From: Eimeria praecox
Taxonomy: Eukaryota
Assembly: GCA_963920595.1 (NCBI GenBank)
Contig: OY986950.1
Coordinates: 2,666,001-2,730,000 of the forward strand
DNA: 64,000 bases
Reading direction: 5' to 3'
A program made the translations under genes and the position numbers. This document shows positions 56,156-64,000 of this stretch, in pieces. Position 1 is the stretch's first letter. Each line of letters begins with the position of its first letter. The notes under the pieces are model-generated. The model worked only from the letters and a program-made list of their open reading frames with translations. It had not been told where the DNA came from and ran no database searches.

Positions 56156-57004
56156 TGTCTAATAACAACACAAAGGCATCAGCTAAACAGAGAGGCAAAC
56201 ACAGGGGGGCCCCAACAAGATGATGCATGGGGGGCCCCCCGGGGGGCCCCTCGGGGGGCCCCTCGGGGGCCCCCCCCCTTGTAGAAGAGGTAGAAGAAGC
56301 AGGTTTCTTCTCTTTCAATCTAAATACAGGAGGAAGATAAATATTGTTATTTGAGTGCATGCAGCGAGAAACAAAACACTCGAAACTCCGCCTGAAAACA
56401 TAACTCAACATACACCTGAAGCTCAACATACACCTGAAGCTCAACATACACCTGAAGCTCAACATACACCTGAAGCTGCACATACACCTGAAGCTGCACA
56501 TACACCTGAAGCTGCACATACACCTGAAGCTGCACATACACCTGAAACTCAACATACACCTGAAACTCAACATACACCTGAAGCTCAACATACACCTGAA
56601 GCTGAGCATACACCTGAAATTCGAGAAGTGTTTTGTTTATATTGTCTCTCCTCTTGTGTGCTTCTGTCTTGACAACTGTCTCTCCTTTATACTACTTCTC
56701 TTTCTATTTATTTATTTTGTTTATCTCTCTCTCTCTCTCTGTCTCTGTCTCTGTCTCTTCCTCTGTCTGTCTCTGTCTGTCTCTCTGTCTGTCTGTCTCT
56801 CTCTCTCTCTCTGTCTGTCTCTCTCTGTCTCTGTCTCTATTTGTATTTAATATCTATATCTCTACTCTCTACTCTCTTCTGTCTCTGTCTCTGTCTCTAT
56901 TTATATTATTTGTTTTTAATTTGTTGTATAGAAATAAAATCTAGATACCTGACTGCCCCCCACGGAATGAGTCCTTCGCTTCTCTCCTTCCTCACGTAGA
57001 AGAC

Positions 57005-57070
<66 letters not shown>

Positions 57071-57161
57071 CTGCAGCAGCTGTTGGTGTTGCTGCTGCCG
57101 CTGATGCTGCTTCATCCTGAAGCTGTCGCTGCTATAACTGCAGTTGCTGCCGTTCCTGGCG

Positions 57162-57210
<49 letters not shown>

Positions 57211-57554
57211 ATCTCCTATCAAGGCTCCGCAGCGCATGCAGCAGCAACCAAGGGGCTCTCTCAAACCATATAAGACAAACACCCCACACGGTGTCTGCTG
57301 CACTTTCTACAGGGGAGATTGCAGCACTACACCCACATCTTGCTGTGCTGCTGCTGCTGCTGCTGCTGCTGTGCTGCTGCTGCTGCTGCTTGTGAGAAGA
57401 AGGAAGAGAAGCCCCTAGAGGCCCTAGCAGCAAGACAAACCAAATAAGAAAACTCAGCAGCAGCGGATGAGGACCGTGCTGCAGCAGCACAGGCAGCAAG
57501 CAGTGCAGCGGCACATGCAAAGCCATCGCTGCTGCTGCTATACGCTCCTGCTGC

Positions 57555-57592
<38 letters not shown>

Positions 57593-57692
57593 CAGCACGT
57601 CGTTGCAGCTGTGAACGACTGTCTCTACATTCTGCAGCGCCCACTGCAGCAGTTGCTGCTGCGATCCCAAGCACAACTGCTGCTGCTGACGA

Positions 57693-57724
<32 letters not shown>

Positions 57725-57894
57725 GGGTAGCTGCAGCAGCAGCCTCAGTGCTGCGTCTCTGATTTCTTGTAAAGCCCCAAGAAGAGCAGCAGAAGGAGTG
57801 TAGCCTCCGCTGCAGCAATCTGTTGGCTTGTCGAGAGGCAGCTGCAGCGGCAGCAGCAGCAGCAGAGGCGCTGCAGCACCACTCCCGCTGCTGC

Positions 57895-57929
<35 letters not shown>

Positions 57930-58038
57930 ATGCTGTGGTCTGCTAGAGGATGAAAGCCTAGTTGTACGGGCCCCCATATATCAAGCAGCTGCCCTTTGGG
58001 TGCTGCGCTGCAGCTGCTGCAGCTGCTGCTGCAGCAGG

Positions 58039-58080
<42 letters not shown>

Positions 58081-58327
58081 GGGGCCCCGAGGGGCCCCCC
58101 GGCCCTTCCTGGCTAAATGCTGCAGCAGCAGCAGCAACAGCATCCGAGAGCACAGCAGCAGCAAACGGATTTGCTGCTGCTGCCTGCTGCAGCGGCACCT
58201 CACCCCGCACTGCAGCAGCAACAGCTGGGGGGCCCCGCAGCAGCAGCAGCTCGCGGCCTAGCAGCCGCCAGCTTAGAACAAACACTCTCCAAGATATCCC
58301 TGCTGTTGCTGCTGCTGCTGCTGTTGC

Positions 58328-58365
<38 letters not shown>

Positions 58366-58472
58366 TTGCTGTCTTATCTATGCTTGGAAGACGAAGCCTC
58401 AGCAAGGACAGCCGCTGCGGCGGCAGCTGCAGTGTCAGAAGCTCGTGCTGCTGCTGTTGCTGCTGCTGCTGT

Positions 58473-58532
<60 letters not shown>

Positions 58533-58638
58533 ACTGCAGCAGCAGGTGATAGAACAGAGACAAGCGGGAATACAACTCTAGAGACAGATCGAACTGTTCC
58601 CCCACAGCCAACAGCACAAGACTGGCTGCCAGAGCAGC

Positions 58639-58673
<35 letters not shown>

Positions 58674-58885
58674 TGTTGCTGCTGCTGCTGTGAAGGATGC
58701 AGGGCCTCAGTGCTGCTGCTGCTGCTGCTGCAGAGACCTGCTGCTGCTGCTGCTGCCTGTAAATCCTCCAAAGGAGACAGCCGCAGCAGCAGCAGCAGCA
58801 AATCCGAGCAGCAGAGGAGACACCGTCGAAGCCAAAGAGGAAGAAACAAACTCTGAAAAATAAAATAAAATAAAAATAAAATAAA

Positions 58886-58916
<31 letters not shown>

Positions 58917-59330
58917 TAAAGGAGACAAATAAATATAAATATAAAATTAAAAACGAAGGAGACAGATAAAGAGACAGACAGATAAAGAGACAGATAAGGA
59001 GACAGATAAAACGAAGGAGACAGATAAGGAGACAGACAGACAGATAGATAGACAGACAGACGAAGAGACAGATAAAACGAAGGAGACAGATGAAGGGACA
59101 GATGCAGAGATAGATAAGGAGACAGATGCAGAGATAGATAAGGAGACAGGTACAGAGACAGATGCAGAGATAGATAAGGAGACAGATAAAGAGACAGATG
59201 CAAGTAAGGAGACAGAGAGAGACAGATACAGAGATATATAAGGAGACAGATAAAGAGACAGATACAGAGATAGATAAGGAGACAGATACAGAAAGACAGT
59301 AAGAGACAGTTAAAGAGAGAGAAAGATAAA

Positions 59331-59405
<75 letters not shown>

Positions 59406-59634
59406 CAAAGAGATAGATAGATAGAGAGAGACAGATAGAGATGAAGAGAGAGACAGATAAGAGATAGATAGAGATGAAGAGACAGTAGAAGACAGGCAAC
59501 AGCAAACATAAACAAACAAAATAAACATAAAATAAATAGACAAAAGAAAGAAAGAAACAAAAAGGAGGGACAAACAAATACCGAAAATAAAATAATAAAT
59601 AATAAATAAAACAGAAAAAAACAAACAACAAAGA

Positions 59635-59682
<48 letters not shown>

Positions 59683-60155
59683 CAGTAGAGACAGTAGAGA
59701 CAGTAGAGACAGGAGAGACAGAAGAGACAGAAGAGAGACAGAAGAGAGACAGAGATCGAGGAGAGGAAGAAGAGAGAAGAGAGAGAAAAACAAACAAGAG
59801 ACAAGAAGCAACAAATACAAAACAAACAGAGGCGCAGCAGAAAACAATCGGCACAACTGCAGCAGAAATAATAAATAATAAATAATAAATAATAAATAAT
59901 AAATAATAAATAATAAATAATAAATAATAAATAATAAATAATAATAAACAATAAATAATAAATAATAAATAATAAATAATAAACAATAAATAATAAATAA
60001 TAAATAATAAATAATAAATAATAAATAATAAATAGAAACATATTTAACGATAGAAACATATTTAACGTACTTGTTCTGCAAATGTAGCTGCTCTTTGTAT
60101 ATTAGGGAGAATGCGGTGTACGTACACCTCAAACAGAGGCATCCAACGAACAGGC

Positions 60156-60193
<38 letters not shown>

Positions 60194-60349
60194 TGTTGCT
60201 GCTGCTGCTCCTGAAGATATACGCACGTGTCTTCCAGAGAAACAATTGCTGTCGCTGCTGTTGCTGCTGCTGCTGTTGTTGCTGCTGCAGCTGTTTCCGT
60301 TGCTGCTGCAGCAGTATCCGTTGCTGCTGTTGTTGCTGCTGCTGTTGCC

Positions 60350-60380
<31 letters not shown>

Positions 60381-60482
60381 TCGTCTTCAGAGGAGGTTAC
60401 AGCACGCAGATGAGCAGCAGCAGCAGCAAACATATGTGGGCCCGCTAGCTTTACGTCTCTCGCTACAAGTCTTTCGAGTTGC

Positions 60483-60543
<61 letters not shown>

Positions 60544-60663
60544 CCCTGCTGCCATCGTCTTGCTGCAGCACAACCCCCGTAATAGGGTTTGCTGCTGCTG
60601 CTCGGGCGTAAGAAAGCCACAAGCCGAAGGTTAAATCTAACAAGAGCGATGAATGCTGCAGCC

Positions 60664-60710
<47 letters not shown>

Positions 60711-60798
60711 TTGCTGCTGCTGCAGCTGCCGTTGGTTGCACAGTCGCCCGACAAGGAGCTGTCCCCACAGAAGTGTCTGCTGCTAGTTTGTTGTTGTT

Positions 60799-60849
<51 letters not shown>

Positions 60850-61036
60850 TTGCTGCTGCTGCTGTTGCTGCTGCTGCTGTTTCAGGGGGAGCAAGAACTG
60901 CTGCTGCAGTTGCTGCTGAGGCATCCCTCGAAACAGCAGCAGCAGCAGCAGCAAGCTGCTGCAGCAGAAACCCTCCAATGGGCTCAGCCGTGATGCAAGA
61001 CAGTCTAGCCAAGACCTCCCCGTAGAAGCAGCAGCA

Positions 61037-61075
<39 letters not shown>

Positions 61076-61178
61076 TTCTGCTGTTGCTGCTGCTGCTCTT
61101 GCTGCTGCTCTCGGAGACGGTGTTGATTCCCCATGAGGAATGAAGCAGCAAATACTACTACTAGTAGGAAGCTCTCGC

Positions 61179-61216
<38 letters not shown>

Positions 61217-61368
61217 CAGCAGCAGCAAGCCTGTACACAGCGAATCAGCACGGAGCTGCAGCACTGCAGCAGCAGGGGATTCCCTGACGCCATTGCTGCT
61301 GCTGTTGCTGTTGCTGCTGTTGCTGCTGCTGCTGCTGTTGCCGTTGCTGCTGTTGCCGTAGCTGTTGC

Positions 61369-61403
<35 letters not shown>

Positions 61404-61523
61404 ATCTTCCTCCTTTTGCTGCTTCTGGAGGCCTCAGCAGCAGCAGCTGACGTCTCTTCGTGATTGTCTATCAGTAGGGAGCTAAGTGCAGCAGCAACTG
61501 CTGCTGCAGCATGCTGCTGCTGC

Positions 61524-61555
<32 letters not shown>

Positions 61556-61845
61556 CTGCTGCTGCTGCTGTTCCATCAGCCGTAACAGCAGCTCAGCAGC
61601 CCACACACCATCCAACTGTGCATGCAGCGATTCTGCTGCAAGAGGCCTCGAAGCAGCAGCAGCAGCGATATGTGTGGCCCCTGCTGCTGCCGCTGCTGCT
61701 GTTGCTGTTGCTGCTGCTGTTGTTGCTGCTGCTGCTGCTGCTGTTGCTGCTGCTGCAGCCCTTTCAGCAGCTACCTCGTCACATATTAGCTTGTACCTCG
61801 CCACCGTTGCTTCGAATTGAGCTGCTGTGCTGCTGTCGCTGCTGC

Positions 61846-61878
<33 letters not shown>

Positions 61879-62007
61879 GACGCCTACGACAAGCAGCACA
61901 CGGAGCAGCAGCAGCTGCACAGCAGCAGCAAAAGGAGGAGGGGGGACCCTTAAGTGCTGCGAAGAGATTAGAGGGGGCCTTTGTTGAATCCCAATGGATC
62001 TGCTTGC

Positions 62008-62063
<56 letters not shown>

Positions 62064-62435
62064 TAGCAGCCGTTGCAGTTTCTGTGCAACCAGTCAAGAA
62101 GCTCGCGATGCGGCAGCAAAGCTGCAGCAGGCGATGCAGCAGCAACAGCAGCAGCAGCAGCAGCAGCAAGATTCTCCTGCTGATAAGAGCAGACTTGCTG
62201 GCCGTGTCGTTGCTGCTGCTGCTGCTGCTGCTGTTGCTGTTGCTGTTGCTGTTGTTGCTGCTGCTGCTGCTGATTGGCTGCCAGTGGTTTTGCCAGCAAA
62301 CCCAAGACGCTGCTAACTTGCTGCTGCTGTTGCTGCTGCTGCAGCTGCTGTTGCTGCTGTTGCTGCTGCTGCAGTTGGTGTTCCAGCTGAGGCTCCGCTA
62401 TCTCCCCAGGTTTCTGCTGCTGCTGCTGTTGCTGT

Positions 62436-62474
<39 letters not shown>

Positions 62475-62751
62475 GCAGCAGCAGCAGCAGCCAAGGCTTG
62501 TATATCCCTGCTTAGAGCGCCGAGTCTCCCTGGTAGAGACACCCCGAAGCGCTCTGGCTGCTGCAGCAGCAGCAGCAGCAGCACTTGCGACTGCAGCAGA
62601 GCACTAGATAGAAGAGGAGACAGAGGAAAGCGCGAAGGCCCTTCCTTCACGCTGCTCTTCTCCGGGTGTACGTACACCCGAAAAGGGCCCCCATTGCAGC
62701 AGCTGCTGCTACTTCTGTTGCTGCTGCTGCTGCTGCTGCGGCTGTTGCTGT

Positions 62752-62793
<42 letters not shown>

Positions 62794-62906
62794 AGCCAAC
62801 ACGAAGAGCGATGCCTCCTCTCTCTAGAAGAAAACAACTAATTAAATTGCTGCTAAAGAAGACAGACAAAGACAGAGACCAGCTACGTAAGGTTTGTAGC
62901 GGCCCC

Positions 62907-62941
<35 letters not shown>

Positions 62942-62991
62942 TGCTGTTGCTGCTGTTGCCGGTGCAGCTGCAGCGTCTGCTGCTCCTCTGT

Positions 62992-63023
<32 letters not shown>

Positions 63024-63288
63024 CGTGTTGTGCTTGAAGCCTTTATGGGATCGAGATGGAGCTGCGGCGGCTGCAGCAGCAGCTGCAGCAACCCAACAGC
63101 AGCAAATGCAGCAGCAACAGAAGCAACAAACAACGGAGTAGCAGCGGGAGCCAAGTGCTGCAGCAGCAGCGACAGGAAGTCTACGAAAGAGCAAACCCAG
63201 CTGCTGCTGCTGCTGCTGCCTTGCTGCAGCTGCTGCAGCAGCGGCACTGCAACCGGAAGCAACGACGCAACCCCTCCCCCTGTTGTTT

Positions 63289-63329
<41 letters not shown>

Positions 63330-63387
63330 TCAAGACCCGTCTGCTGCCCCCCTTTGGATCCCTGCAGCAGCTCATCCCCTGTGCTGC

Positions 63388-63425
<38 letters not shown>

Positions 63426-63542
63426 AAAAGAGACAGAAACTGCAGCACAGGCAGCAGCACAGCGTCTCTCACAAATTTATCTGGAGGGATAGGTAGAGTG
63501 CATGCGCCAGCCCCAACAACGATCCTCTTCAACTTCTGCTGC

Positions 63543-63577
<35 letters not shown>

Positions 63578-64000
63578 TTTCTGCTGCTGCAGCGAGCGCA
63601 GCAGCTGCAGCGTCGCGTCCTGCCACTGTTTCGTGCTGCAGCACCAAGGGTATGCATCAGCAGCAGCAGGTAGAGGAGCAGCAGCAGCAGCAAAGAGAAG
63701 CCATCGTAGACATAGCTGCTGCCGCTGTGATAGAAGACACAGATAAGAATAAGGAGTAGGAAGCCTCTCTACTGTTTGCTGCAGCTGCTGCAGCACAGGC
63801 AGCACGCCGCAGCACAACTGAAGCTGACAGCTAGATCCTGCTGCTGTCCTTGCTGCTACTGCTCCTCCGGTTGTTGCTGTTGCTGCTGCTGCTGTTGCTG
63901 CTGCTGTTGCTGCTGCTGTTGCTGCTGTTGCTGCTGTTGTTGCTGTTGCTGCTGTTGCTGCTGCTGCTCCTATGCTGAGCTGAGCACGCTTGTCTTGGCT
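56067..64000 (-). CDS. Large hypothetical low-complexity (poly-A/Q/S) protein, 5' end beyond the window
   Basis: An open frame runs from the window edge 64000 to 60071 (donor gtacgt), then exon 58852-56949 (donor gtatct) and exon 56391-56067 with stop; phases are consistent. No domain recognised. Confidence 0.7.
56408..56618 (+). repeat. 18-bp minisatellite (CATACACCTGAAGCTCAA/GCA), about 12 copies
   Basis: Directly visible, in the last intron of the large minus-strand gene, ending about 15 nt from its acceptor. Confidence 0.92.

Noticed and set aside
57005..63759. Numerous plus-strand poly-L/C/A ORFs
   Set aside because: They are antisense shadows of the CAG-rich minus-strand exons.

Overview
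Eukaryotic, intron-rich DNA with the hallmarks of a coccidian apicomplexan (Eimeria-like): abundant CAG/CTG trinucleotide runs, interstitial telomere-type TTTAGGG heptamer tracts, TGCATGCA motifs and AT microsatellites. Most entries in the ORF track are repeat artefacts. By reading splice sites by hand I reconstructed eight spliced genes: a 72-aa two-TM protein (+), a 116-aa SPIRAL1/Jupiter-like PGGxSS protein (-), a membrane-anchored CocE/NonD serine hydrolase (+, 12 exons, two probable GC-AG introns), 40S ribosomal protein S4 (+), a stand-alone type II thioesterase (-), CstF-50/CSTF1 (+, with a homopolymer frameshift and two candidate 24-nt microexons), a FAM184-like coiled-coil protein (-, about 20 exons) and a large low-complexity protein cut by the window end (-). 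A decayed Ty3/gypsy protease-RT relic lies at about 8.35-9.5 kb. The most unusual signals concern splicing: introns that are almost entirely telomere-repeat foldbacks (one with a perfect 68-bp inverted repeat starting at the GT), and a dispersed GGTGTAYRTACACC palindrome that repeatedly sits at, or supplies, splice sites and has also expanded into tandem arrays. All gene models are manual, family calls rest on remembered motifs, and nothing was checked against databases or transcripts.
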